A program made the translations under genes and the position numbers. A stretch of 64,000 nt of DNA from a virus: IMG/VR virus record IMGVR_UViG_3300042691_030495; one strand, given 5' to 3'. The notes beneath the pieces were generated by a model. That model saw only the letters and a program-made list of their open reading frames with translations, did no database searches and was not told the origin of the DNA. Shown here one piece after another: positions 44,418-52,959 of this stretch; the first letter of the stretch is position 1; each line of letters opens with the position of its first letter.

Positions 44418-44605
44418 TGCAAACTTGGATTGATATTCTAACGGACCCGCATCATCTATTGGCAGACTTCCTAATGAACGTTGGCTTTGAGATCGCTTTT
44501 GCTTGGGTTACATATTTAATTCTAGTTAAAGCTCTTAGACAGAGTAGAAGAAAAAAGCCTAGGGGAAGAAGAGCTAAAAGAAGGTCTGATACAATTAGAA
44601 GATGA
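44417..44605 (+). CDS. Small membrane protein
   Basis: DILTDPHH, one TM helix, basic tail. Confidence 0.55.
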   Translation: MQTWIDILTDPHHLLADFLMNVGFEIAFAWVTYLILVKALRQSRRKKPRGRRAKRRSDTIRR

Positions 44606-44922
44606 ACAGCTTAGAGGGTAAGACTTCTGGTGTGTATAAGGTTTACACAGAAACCAGTTCTTACATTATTAATCTCAATCGTGGGATAGCTAAGCGCGCA
44701 CCGGGGGATGGGATGGGTAAGGCTCCTGAAGAGGAGCTAGAGCTAGAAGTGGTAATGCTTCGTGGGGATAATATGTGGTTCAATCTTCGGGCAGTAAATG
44801 CTACTGTTGGGCAGATAATGCACCTAGATTGTGAAGGAATCGACGCCACAAGTGGTTATACTTGGCGTAGGACAACAATCGTACGAAAGATTGAAAAGAT
44901 AGATGGACGCAAAAAAGTATGA
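44602..44922 (+). CDS. Hypothetical protein
   Basis: Y.V.TETSSY.I...R.PG...RTT.VRKIE. Confidence 0.6.
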   Translation: MNSLEGKTSGVYKVYTETSSYIINLNRGIAKRAPGDGMGKAPEEELELEVVMLRGDNMWFNLRAVNATVGQIMHLDCEGIDATSGYTWRRTTIVRKIEKIDGRKKV

Positions 44923-45088
44923 TCGGCAGGTTGAACTTGTCGACATTGGTGAGGCCGAAGAGCTCGCTGTAAAAATGATCATGCAAGAAGGAGCCTTACG
45001 GTTCCAAGACTTGGTGGTTGCTGAACTTACAAAGCATGGTATGTTCGACGCCATTACTGTTATAGAAAAAGTCGAGCTTGACTCTTAA
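44903..45088 (+). CDS. Hypothetical protein
   Basis: Overlapping small ORF within the run. Confidence 0.5.
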   Translation: MDAKKYDRQVELVDIGEAEELAVKMIMQEGALRFQDLVVAELTKHGMFDAITVIEKVELDS

Positions 45089-45350
45089 ACAGAGAGTTAA
45101 GGATGCTGCAAAACCACATCTTGCCCAGTATGGGAGAGCTCCTGTATTGGTTAAGGGTGCCACTTGGGTTCTTGTCGCGTTAATCATCATTCCTGATCCT
45201 TTTGACTGGATCCCTGGACTCGCGCTAATGGACGAACTTTTGTATGCTTCTGTACTATTATGCTTACTACATAAGTATGGTGCAGCTGCTGGTGAAGACA
45301 AAAGAAGTGCAAAAGATCTAGTTAACGAAATTATAGGGAGAAAAAACTAA
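45078..45350 (+). CDS. YkvA/DUF1232-like membrane protein
   Basis: IIPDPFDWIPGLALMDE. Confidence 0.6.
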   Translation: MTLKQRVKDAAKPHLAQYGRAPVLVKGATWVLVALIIIPDPFDWIPGLALMDELLYASVLLCLLHKYGAAAGEDKRSAKDLVNEIIGRKN

Positions 45351-45637
45351 TGGACATTGAACAATTTAAAGAAGTATCTAAACCGTTTTACAGTGAGACC
45401 TATCAAGTTCTAGTTAAGAAGCAGGCTGACTATGGGCCACTTAATATCTCTAGAGCTCCTGGAGGTCCTTTGAATGGTCTTAGGGTTCGTATGCATGACA
45501 AGCTATCTCGTATTAATCACTTGATTGACAGCGGTGCAACACCAGAGAACGAAAGTTTGCGCGACTCTTTCCTAGATCTTGCAAACTATAGCGTTATCGC
45601 AATGATGGTTCTAGATGGCAAATGGCCAAGTGAGTAA
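45350..45637 (+). CDS. Nucleotide-modification-associated domain 1 (DUF1599) protein
   Basis: KKQADYG..NI, GL.VRM.DK.SRI, ESL.DSFLDLANY. Confidence 0.8.
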   Translation: MDIEQFKEVSKPFYSETYQVLVKKQADYGPLNISRAPGGPLNGLRVRMHDKLSRINHLIDSGATPENESLRDSFLDLANYSVIAMMVLDGKWPSE

Positions 45638-45803
45638 TGAAGAAGCCGAAAAGCTTAAGCAAGAGGGCCGCGAGGAAGTCTTGGACTGGCTTGTAGCTAG
45701 GGAGTTCCTAGGCTACAGTAGGCCGGAAAACCTATACTTTCGGTGGGACTGGTACAAGGGTGTCCTTACCCAGATGCCTTGGGCCAAATCAGAGAAAAAC
45801 TAG
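45615..45803 (+). CDS. Hypothetical protein
   Basis: Small ORF in the run; probable GTG start near 45630. Confidence 0.5.
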   Translation: MANGQVSNEEAEKLKQEGREEVLDWLVAREFLGYSRPENLYFRWDWYKGVLTQMPWAKSEKN

Positions 45804-45842
45804 ACTGATAAAATTAACCTATCTTTAGAGATAGGAAATATT

Positions 45843-46031
45843 ATGACTCCAACACCTCCATACTTTCAGAGCCAAATGGAAGAGCAAAAGAAGTGGGACG
45901 ATGGCTTTAGAGCTGGGGTAGCTGAAGTTGTCTCTGCACTGTCAGAAAACGTGTCATCTGAAGACTTAGAGGGTCCCACAAGGGACTGGGTAAAAGACTT
46001 TAACGACAAGGTCTCAAAGAAGTATTTGTAG
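45843..46031 (+). CDS. Hypothetical protein
   Basis: AGGA SD; WDDGFRAG. Confidence 0.55.
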   Translation: MTPTPPYFQSQMEEQKKWDDGFRAGVAEVVSALSENVSSEDLEGPTRDWVKDFNDKVSKKYL

Positions 46032-46088
46032 TCTAAATATTCTGATAGGGTAAACATAGCCCGATTAAAAGCTTAGGAGACTACTGGC

Positions 46089-46388
46089 ATGAGGATTAAT
46101 GAGAAGAGCTTGCAACGTCTTCAAAAGCAGCGCCACATGTACGACATTCAGCGTATGATTTTGGCCAATCCTCTATTTAAAAACCTAGGTGCTAAAGATC
46201 AAAAGACCTTACAAAAGCTTATTTATAAAGCTGAGCTGGCTGAGATGTTTATGCGCGATCGTAACGTGATTAGGATCAACCAATCCTTTGATGAGATTAT
46301 GGAAAATGTCATGGGTATGATTGACGAGTCTATGTATAGCGAAGAAGAACTTGAAGAAAAAAGACGTCGCGAAGAGGATGATTTTTAG
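46089..46388 (+). CDS. Hypothetical protein
   Basis: AGGAG SD; 99 aa with acidic tail. Confidence 0.6.
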   Translation: MRINEKSLQRLQKQRHMYDIQRMILANPLFKNLGAKDQKTLQKLIYKAELAEMFMRDRNVIRINQSFDEIMENVMGMIDESMYSEEELEEKRRREEDDF

Positions 46389-46460
46389 ACTTTTGTGTGT
46401 ATAATGAAATTGTACTTATGGGTACTGTTCATTGTTATTCCTTTAGTGTGATTGATACAG

Positions 46461-46498
46461 AAAGCCCCCGGTGTAGAGGCCGGGGGTTTTTTGTTTTT
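46461..46498. terminator. Intrinsic terminator between convergent genes
   Basis: AAAGCCCCCGG-TGTAGAGG-CCGGGGGTTTTTT. Confidence 0.8.
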
Positions 46499-46510
46499 AA
46501 GGTCTGTGTG

Positions 46511-47281
46511 CTATGGGAGTCTTGACCAAGTTATTGGTCCAACAATGCCGTCAACTTTTAAACCATTTGCTTTCTGAAAAGCTCGGACTGCTCTGTCAGT
46601 GATTGGACCGAACTGTCCGTCTTGTTTTAGACCCAACTTACTTTGTAGAAAAACTACATTCGGTCCTGTAGATCCTATTTTTAACCACTTACCTAATCTA
46701 GGTTTTTTACTTACTGGAGGAGTAGGTGGTGGGGTAGGGACTGGAATTGACGTTGGTGCTGGTGCAGAGTTAGATGCTCTCTTATTGCACTCAGCAACAA
46801 TGTAGTCAAGTTGAGACATTATGAATGGTCCAGGACAAGCGGTTGCTTTGTACTGTGAGTGCCACGCTATAAAGAACTCTGACTGTCTAACTGAAGGCTC
46901 ATTCTTTGCAAATCCTTTTCCTGCTCTAGGCGATTGACTTGCGTGAAACACAATTACATCAATTAAAGCATTAAGAGATTCCGGAGATATAGGCCAATCT
47001 CCTCCAGTAGAAGAGTTATCTATCTCAAACGAAACAGCGTTTGGATCTGGGGCTCCACCAGTTGAGTGGGGTCTGCGTTCAGGGTTTACAATCCCTGTTA
47101 CAGCTCCGCTTCTGGCTATGTGATATGTGGGGTGTGAATCTCTAGTGTTAGCGTTAGCTACATAAGATAACCCGTTAGTACCTGCAACGTGGTGTATTAC
47201 TACTCCGTTGATTGGTTGACCATTACGAGAGCCACCAAATCCGTTATCTTGTACTCCTGATACTTTTGGATACCACGTCAT
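46511..47281 (-). CDS. N-acetylmuramoyl-L-alanine amidase + peptidoglycan-binding domain
   Basis: VVIHH.A, HY.I, FEI, WHS...TACPG; G..V..LQ..LG...DG.FGP.T..AV..FQ...GL.VDGIVGP.TW. Confidence 0.88.
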   Translation of the reverse strand: MTWYPKVSGVQDNGFGGSRNGQPINGVVIHHVAGTNGLSYVANANTRDSHPTYHIARSGAVTGIVNPERRPHSTGGAPDPNAVSFEIDNSSTGGDWPISPESLNALIDVIVFHASQSPRAGKGFAKNEPSVRQSEFFIAWHSQYKATACPGPFIMSQLDYIVAECNKRASNSAPAPTSIPVPTPPPTPPVSKKPRLGKWLKIGSTGPNVVFLQSKLGLKQDGQFGPITDRAVRAFQKANGLKVDGIVGPITWSRLP

Positions 47282-47409
47282 ACGTTTCTCCTCTTTAACA
47301 TTTACTTCTCCTTGCGCGTTGGGACTTGTTTCCAGTTTTAGAAACAATAGTGCCGTCTTCGACAAGCCCCCTTGATTTATAAAGTAAAAGTAAAGTTAAG
47401 TACTTTTTA

Positions 47410-48084
47410 TTAGCCCAGCAGTCCCCAGGTCTTAGGTCCGACAACTCCATCAGCAGTTAAACCTTTTGAAGCTTGGAAAGCGACAACAGCTGCGTGAGTC
47501 TTAGGACCGAATGGACCAGTTGGGTTTACACCAAGTTTGTTTTGTAAGTAAAGAACATCTGCGTTAGCAGGTTCGCCTTGCTTTAGCATTCTTCCTGGGT
47601 ACGCTCTTGTTCCAGCTTTAGCTGGTGCTGCAGGTGTTGCAGGTGCAGGTGCAGCACTTGTAGGTGCGCCTCTAAAAGCTTCGTAGTCAATGTTTCCAGC
47701 ACCCATAGTTGGTGTACCGCCGACTCTGAATGAGAAGTGAAGGTGTGCTCCGTAGCCGTTTTCTTTGCCAAGACCTGAGCCACCAGTTAGGCCAATTACT
47801 TGACCCTGCTTTACTGCTTGTCCTGGTTGAACATCAATGCGTGAAAGGTGCAGGTAATCTGCAGTGTGACCTGATGGGAAGCTTAGAAATACCATACGTC
47901 CACCAGCCCCGGTGAAAGTGTTAACAATATTTATAACAGTTCCGTCAGCGACTGCTTTTGCTGGTGTTCCAGTAGCAACCGCGTAGTCAACTCCTGGATT
48001 TACTGAGGGCTTTGCCCTATTCTTGTGCCCGTTAAAGCTATCTGAAATTGATCCGCCATCTACTGGCCGTATCCATGTTGACAT
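47410..48084 (-). CDS. M23 peptidase + peptidoglycan-binding domain
   Basis: NPGVDY, YLHLS, GAHLHF; C-terminal PG-binding repeat. Confidence 0.88.
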   Translation of the reverse strand: MSTWIRPVDGGSISDSFNGHKNRAKPSVNPGVDYAVATGTPAKAVADGTVINIVNTFTGAGGRMVFLSFPSGHTADYLHLSRIDVQPGQAVKQGQVIGLTGGSGLGKENGYGAHLHFSFRVGGTPTMGAGNIDYEAFRGAPTSAAPAPATPAAPAKAGTRAYPGRMLKQGEPANADVLYLQNKLGVNPTGPFGPKTHAAVVAFQASKGLTADGVVGPKTWGLLG

Positions 48085-48194
48085 ATTAAATCTCCTTAGT
48101 TTTCCATAATTATTTGGAATGTGCGTTAATACTGCTTTTCAGCATCAAATTATATTATACATGAAAAATTTTTCACCCTTTTATTTACAACGGA

Positions 48195-48240
48195 TATAAG
48201 AAACCCCGGTAACTACTCCAATTACAGAGAGCTACCGGGG
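48195..48240 (-). terminator. Intrinsic terminator for minus-strand genes
   Basis: CCCCGGTA...TACCGGGG stem followed by TTTCTT on the minus strand. Confidence 0.6.
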
Positions 48241-48252
48241 CTTAGGGAACGA

Positions 48253-48459
48253 CTACTTAGTTTTCTTTTTTGTTTCTTTTTCTTCCTTCTCATAGCGGAA
48301 GAACGGGAAGGTTACAACCCACAGGAGGAGGGTCAAACCAATTAGGTTTCCTGTTAGATCTTTAGCGGAGCCTTCTAGTACTAACCATGCAACGGCCATA
48401 CCAAGAAGAGTCCACGACTGCTCGATTACGTCTTTTACTAGTGCTTTGATGAAATGCAT
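48253..48459 (-). CDS. Small two-TM membrane protein
   Basis: QSWTLLGM.VAWLVLEGSAK. Confidence 0.65.
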   Translation of the reverse strand: MHFIKALVKDVIEQSWTLLGMAVAWLVLEGSAKDLTGNLIGLTLLLWVVTFPFFRYEKEEKETKKKTK

Positions 48460-48867
48460 TTATTTGCTTCCTTTTTCTCTTCTTTGTTTTAGTAGTTCAA
48501 AGTCTTTGACTTTTGTTTCTCCCATGTAGTCCCACGCATATCCTCCTGCAATTAATGCAGTGTTAACGGATTCGCTTGCGCCATCTAGGAAAATCCAACC
48601 AAGGATCCGGCCATACTTTTCAGTAGAGTCTGGCTTCTCGGTGCGAATAACAATAAGACTTGCAGCCTTTAGGGTCTCAGCTAAGTGCTTCTTAACTTCT
48701 AGTCCTAAAGCCTTTTCTGCTTTGTCAGTCGTGCGTGATTCTGGTGTATCTATTCCAGCTAGACGGACTCGCTGGGTGTAGGAGATGTTGAAGCCTAGAT
48801 CTAGATCGACGTCAATAGTGTCTCCGTCAACTACCCTTAAGACTTGCTTTACTCGATATTCGTACAT
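48460..48867 (-). CDS. Thermonuclease (SNase-like)
   Basis: VVDGDTID, RVRLAGIDTPE, EKYGRIL. Confidence 0.9.
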   Translation of the reverse strand: MYEYRVKQVLRVVDGDTIDVDLDLGFNISYTQRVRLAGIDTPESRTTDKAEKALGLEVKKHLAETLKAASLIVIRTEKPDSTEKYGRILGWIFLDGASESVNTALIAGGYAWDYMGETKVKDFELLKQRREKGSK

Positions 48868-50844
48868 TTATGCTCCGCTTCTTATGTTTACGGTGGTTGC
48901 TATACCGGCCATTGAAACGGCGGATAGGGCTATCTGGGTGACTACAACGGCTGTAACAACCACCTTTTCTGACTGCTCTCGGACCTGAGGGCTCATGTCA
49001 GCTCCAGCGTTTCCTAGGAAGTTAAGGGTTTCTAGGGCCCCTCCAAGGACGTCACCAAGGAGTGGGATGGCTGCTAGGGACTCGTCTAGGACAATGTCAT
49101 CCTGCTGGGCTGCCACGAATAGGGCCTCAAGAGCCTGCTCGTACTCCTCAGAGCCTGGTTCTGCTGTTTCGAAGGTCTCGAGGGCTGCCTCAATAAGAGC
49201 CTCTGCCTGGGCCTCTGAGAGCTCTGTAGGGACTATTTCAGCTAGGTCTATATCCATAAGGACTTCAGGGGTAATCTCCTCTGGCAAATCCTCTACAGAA
49301 GTGATAGGCTCCTCTTCAGAAGGAGTTGGTTCAGGTGAAGGTTCAGGTGAAGGCTCAGGTTCGACAGGTTCTGGAGAGGGCTCTACAGGTTCTGTGGTTG
49401 GCTCTTCTGGTTGCTCTGGTTCCTCTGGCTGTGGTGTGGTCGGTTCTTCTGGCTCTGGCTCCAGCGATGGTTCTGGTTCTGGGACTACTGGTGTGGTCGG
49501 CGGTACGGTTGGTTCAACGGTCGGTTCTGGGGATGGAGTCGGAGTCGGCTCCACTGGAATCGGCTCATAAGTAACCAGAAGGATTAGCACCTTCACGGTT
49601 CCGCCTGCTGGATCATTCTGGAAAGTTTCGTTCGATACTTCTACTGTTGCTGAAGTCTCTCCAGCTAGTAGCTCAAACAAAATAGAAGAGACGTCTTGTC
49701 CTCTGGTCGAGTTGTTTGGATCTCCGTAGTATCCTGTGGCACTGGCAATTCTCTGACCTTCAGGGGCGATTATCTCTATAGACTGGCCTTCGTTTGTAAC
49801 TGTTGCACCATTTGGAACTGTAGGTGGAGGCGGTGGAGGGGACGCTACTAATGTCGAAGCAGTGTCCGAGTATGGAGAGTAGACAGCTTCTGTGTCGTTA
49901 TCAGAACGTATTCTGAATTGGTAAGTCTGATCTAATCCACCTGTTGTTTGGAAAGAGTCTCTAGGTATGATGATGCTGTTTGTAGTAGACGCTACTCCCC
50001 AGCCGGTGACAAAGTTATCTGTTGACCAACTGACTGCGTAGCGCTCTACTGAAGTGCTTGTAGGGGTTGGAGCATCCCAGGTAAGCTGAACGGTTCCATC
50101 CTGTAGTTGAGTAGCGGTTACGTTTGTTGGAGCGTTAAGAGACGGAGCTGGTGGCTCTGGGGTAAAAGGGTTCTCTGTTGGTGGCTCTGGAGTAAGCTCT
50201 GGAGTCTCTTCAGTCTCTTCAATTCCGTAGGTCTCAAAGTCAACGATTGTGCCATCGTTTAGACGCACTCCGGTTCTAGGGTTGTACTGTGGGTACTCTG
50301 GACCAGAGAGGGTGTAAGCCATAGCAACTGTGCCATCTGAAAGAATGGCAGCAGTAATCACAATATGAGTTGGCTCTGTTGCATTTTGTAGCCAGATTGG
50401 TCTAGCTGAAATGTCTACCTGGAATCCACCATCTGATGAACGAATGATTAAATGTTCGTCAGATCTCCACTGCGGGTATACAACCCAGTCGAAGGAGTAG
50501 AGGGAGATAGAAGGAGTAGAGGGGTAAGTCCAGTAGGTTCCATCTGGAGCGCCGAAGACGATAACTGAGTTGGTTGTAGCGTAGACGCTGTTATAGGCTA
50601 CTCCGTCAAAAGTTACGTCAACGGATAGTGGAATCTGATAAGAGGTGTCATCTCCACCGCAAGTGTTAAGCTCTACAACTACTGGTTCAGTTGAAGCATT
50701 TTGTTGGGCAGCAGCCACTGCAGCTTCTTGTCCTGGGTAGACGCAAGTATTAGCGTTGGCTAAGTCTGCTGCAAGGAATGCTGGGGCAAACGCGAGTAAA
50801 AAGGCTAGAAGGATTCTGCTTCTAGTTAGTTTAAATTTAGGCAT
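48868..50844 (-). CDS. Exported Fn3-domain protein with Pro/Glu/Thr-rich stalk and C-terminal hydrophobic segment
   Basis: Signal peptide; LNAPTNV...LTWDAP...YQFRIRSDND; (PEP/PT)n stalk; GADMSPQVRE..EKVVV. Confidence 0.75.
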   Translation of the reverse strand: MPKFKLTRSRILLAFLLAFAPAFLAADLANANTCVYPGQEAAVAAAQQNASTEPVVVELNTCGGDDTSYQIPLSVDVTFDGVAYNSVYATTNSVIVFGAPDGTYWTYPSTPSISLYSFDWVVYPQWRSDEHLIIRSSDGGFQVDISARPIWLQNATEPTHIVITAAILSDGTVAMAYTLSGPEYPQYNPRTGVRLNDGTIVDFETYGIEETEETPELTPEPPTENPFTPEPPAPSLNAPTNVTATQLQDGTVQLTWDAPTPTSTSVERYAVSWSTDNFVTGWGVASTTNSIIIPRDSFQTTGGLDQTYQFRIRSDNDTEAVYSPYSDTASTLVASPPPPPPTVPNGATVTNEGQSIEIIAPEGQRIASATGYYGDPNNSTRGQDVSSILFELLAGETSATVEVSNETFQNDPAGGTVKVLILLVTYEPIPVEPTPTPSPEPTVEPTVPPTTPVVPEPEPSLEPEPEEPTTPQPEEPEQPEEPTTEPVEPSPEPVEPEPSPEPSPEPTPSEEEPITSVEDLPEEITPEVLMDIDLAEIVPTELSEAQAEALIEAALETFETAEPGSEEYEQALEALFVAAQQDDIVLDESLAAIPLLGDVLGGALETLNFLGNAGADMSPQVREQSEKVVVTAVVVTQIALSAVSMAGIATTVNIRSGA

Positions 50845-50847
50845 ACT

Positions 50848-51132
50848 CTACTTCTTGGCCTTAGCCTTAGTGGTGGAATTGCCGTCCTGATCGACGCCCT
50901 TAAGGGACATAGCAGGGGCAAAGGCAGCGTTGATTTCTGCACGGGTTAATTTGCCATCTTCTAGGAAGGCAACGGATAGACGCTCGATAACCTTGGCAAC
51001 TGCAAGGATTCCGCCCATAGCCATAGCCAGCCATAGGTCTACGCCCATGACAGCTCCAGCGCCAATGACGCCTAGGGCAGATGCGATAAAGGTTGCCACT
51101 ATTCGGGCAAGAACATTAAGGGTTGTTTTCAA
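50848..51132 (-). CDS. Small membrane protein (holin-like?), paralog of 24903-25256
   Basis: RIVATF.ASALGVIGAG, GVDLW, DGKLT..EIN.AF. Confidence 0.65.
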   Translation of the reverse strand: MKTTLNVLARIVATFIASALGVIGAGAVMGVDLWLAMAMGGILAVAKVIERLSVAFLEDGKLTRAEINAAFAPAMSLKGVDQDGNSTTKAKAKK

Positions 51133-51214
51133 TCTGGGGCCTTTAAATTAGGCCTCTCCCCAGAGAACTACTGCTTATATTTTATCAGACTTCTATTTGT
51201 AGTAGTATTTTTTT

Positions 51215-52273
51215 ATGGAAGAATCCACTAGAAAATTACGTATTGATTTAGAGAATACATACGAGCCAGAAGAGTGCTACATAACTACGCACCAAATTTT
51301 TGAAGAGTTTAGTCTCGCTCCGTCTTTAAAAGATCTTTCATTATCTCTACATAACCCTGATCCCGTAAATATGGGCAGCACTGAATTAGATTTTGTAGAT
51401 ACAAATGAAATGATTTCAGATGAGATTAAAGTTTTAATTTATGTCCAAGACACTATCTATCACTTTTTTATAGACTCTCTAACTATGATCCTTAAGATAC
51501 ATAAGGAGCATTCAAATATTAAGTTTGTTTTATACCTACAAAGAGCTAGAGGCACTAAGGGTATAGATAATTTCTACGAGCTACTATTTTTAATTCTAGA
51601 CGGGCAAGGTGTAAACTATACAACCGTATCCACCGTACCGGGGAAAGACTATGCACCAGTCTATAAATTTAATAACTATGTGCGAATAGACAGACAAGTC
51701 AATATCCACCACTTGATGTCTTTCTTAGACGTGGAGTATATGGCAGACATTGCTATTAAATACTCTAGAAAGTATATGAATGCTACCGAGTCGGTTGAAC
51801 CGTTTAGGAAGCTATACATATCTAGAGGCAACGCTCCATCTGATTTAGGACCTATAGAAGAGGACTATCCAGACTACAGGGACGACCTGAGAATGAACGA
51901 CGCCCTAAAGTTAGAGGAATTCTTTGTCAGTCAAGGGTACGAAGCTTTCAGCCCTGAGAAGAAGTTTGGCTCTATTATGGAGCAGATTGTGTATATGAGT
52001 GAGGTAAAGACCCTAGCTTCCATTACAAGCTCTGGCCTAGCTAACATGATATTTATGAGGCCTAACCAGACAATCATTGAGGTTCAGGCTGAGCTGGTCC
52101 AGGTTATGAGGTTTGAGAAGGATAGCTATGTCTACCCTAAACAGCAGATACATAACTACTATTCGACCTTATCCTTTATGAGGCAGCATACCCATATAAG
52201 TATCCCTAGCCGTAGGGATCCGGATAAGGTAATTAAGACCCTAACTAGCGGTCAACTTTCCTATTTAATTTAG
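51215..52273 (+). CDS. GT61 (DUF563) glycosyltransferase
   Basis: YHFFIDSL, RKLYISRG, LEEFF...GYE...PE, EQI.YM, SSGLANMIFM.P...IIEV. Confidence 0.82.
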   Translation: MEESTRKLRIDLENTYEPEECYITTHQIFEEFSLAPSLKDLSLSLHNPDPVNMGSTELDFVDTNEMISDEIKVLIYVQDTIYHFFIDSLTMILKIHKEHSNIKFVLYLQRARGTKGIDNFYELLFLILDGQGVNYTTVSTVPGKDYAPVYKFNNYVRIDRQVNIHHLMSFLDVEYMADIAIKYSRKYMNATESVEPFRKLYISRGNAPSDLGPIEEDYPDYRDDLRMNDALKLEEFFVSQGYEAFSPEKKFGSIMEQIVYMSEVKTLASITSSGLANMIFMRPNQTIIEVQAELVQVMRFEKDSYVYPKQQIHNYYSTLSFMRQHTHISIPSRRDPDKVIKTLTSGQLSYLI

Positions 52274-52325
52274 TTGCATTTGCCTTAACAGTGTGCTAGG
52301 GTTATTGGTTTAGGAGGTGTAAATT

Positions 52326-52493
52326 ATGGAAATTACATTCGTTTGGAGCTGGCTATCCTTTTGGGTAGGTGTTGCTTCTGTATTCGTAAGCCTGTTTGCT
52401 ATAGCTGTAGTAATGGCTGTAGCCAATGCTGGTAAGGCAAAGAAGAAGACTTCTGAGCTTATCGACATGCAATGGGGCTCAAGCTTTAAGTAG
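52326..52493 (+). CDS. Small membrane protein (55 aa)
   Basis: AGGAGG SD; MEITFVWSWLSFWVGVASVFVSLFAIAVVMAV. Confidence 0.6.
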   Translation: MEITFVWSWLSFWVGVASVFVSLFAIAVVMAVANAGKAKKKTSELIDMQWGSSFK

Positions 52494-52521
52494 CCCCTCA
52501 ATTGCTGGTAGAATAGGTGTC

Positions 52522-52671
52522 ATGGAGATACTTATCTGGCTGGGCGTATTAGCCTGGTTTGTTGGTGCTGTTGGCGCTTATTTTGTCGTATCTATCAAAC
52601 TATCTAAAGAGATAAAAGAGATGACCCCTGATCAGCGGAGAGAGTTCTTTAAGACTCGGAGGCAGAGATAG
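52522..52671 (+). CDS. Small membrane protein
   Basis: Leaderless after TAGAAT; one TM helix. Confidence 0.5.
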   Translation: MEILIWLGVLAWFVGAVGAYFVVSIKLSKEIKEMTPDQRREFFKTRRQR

Positions 52672-52674
52672 AGG

Positions 52675-52923
52675 CTAAAGCTCTCTACCCTCTTCAAATT
52701 CTTCTTCTCGTTCTGGCCCCCAGGCATAATACTTAACGGTCTTGAGAAGGTCCAGAACTTCATATGTAAGGGCCTCTGTGGCCAATAGAAGGTCTGCCTT
52801 GTGTTCTGGATCTGTAGGCTGCTGTACCTCTGTGTGGACTTCCTGGACGGCATAAGCGCATAATTCTAAACGCCTTAGAGCTACATCTATAGGCGTTGCT
52901 AGTGGATCTCTCTGACCTGCCAT
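52675..52923 (-). CDS. Hypothetical protein
   Basis: Leaderless after TAAAAT. Confidence 0.6.
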   Translation of the reverse strand: MAGQRDPLATPIDVALRRLELCAYAVQEVHTEVQQPTDPEHKADLLLATEALTYEVLDLLKTVKYYAWGPEREEEFEEGREL

Positions 52924-52959
52924 AAGACTATTTTAAGGGCTGAATGAGAGGGGGAGTTT

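Noticed and set aside
48995-49574. Gly/Ser-rich plus-strand ORFs
   Set aside because: They are antisense shadows of the Pro/Glu stalk of 48868-50844.
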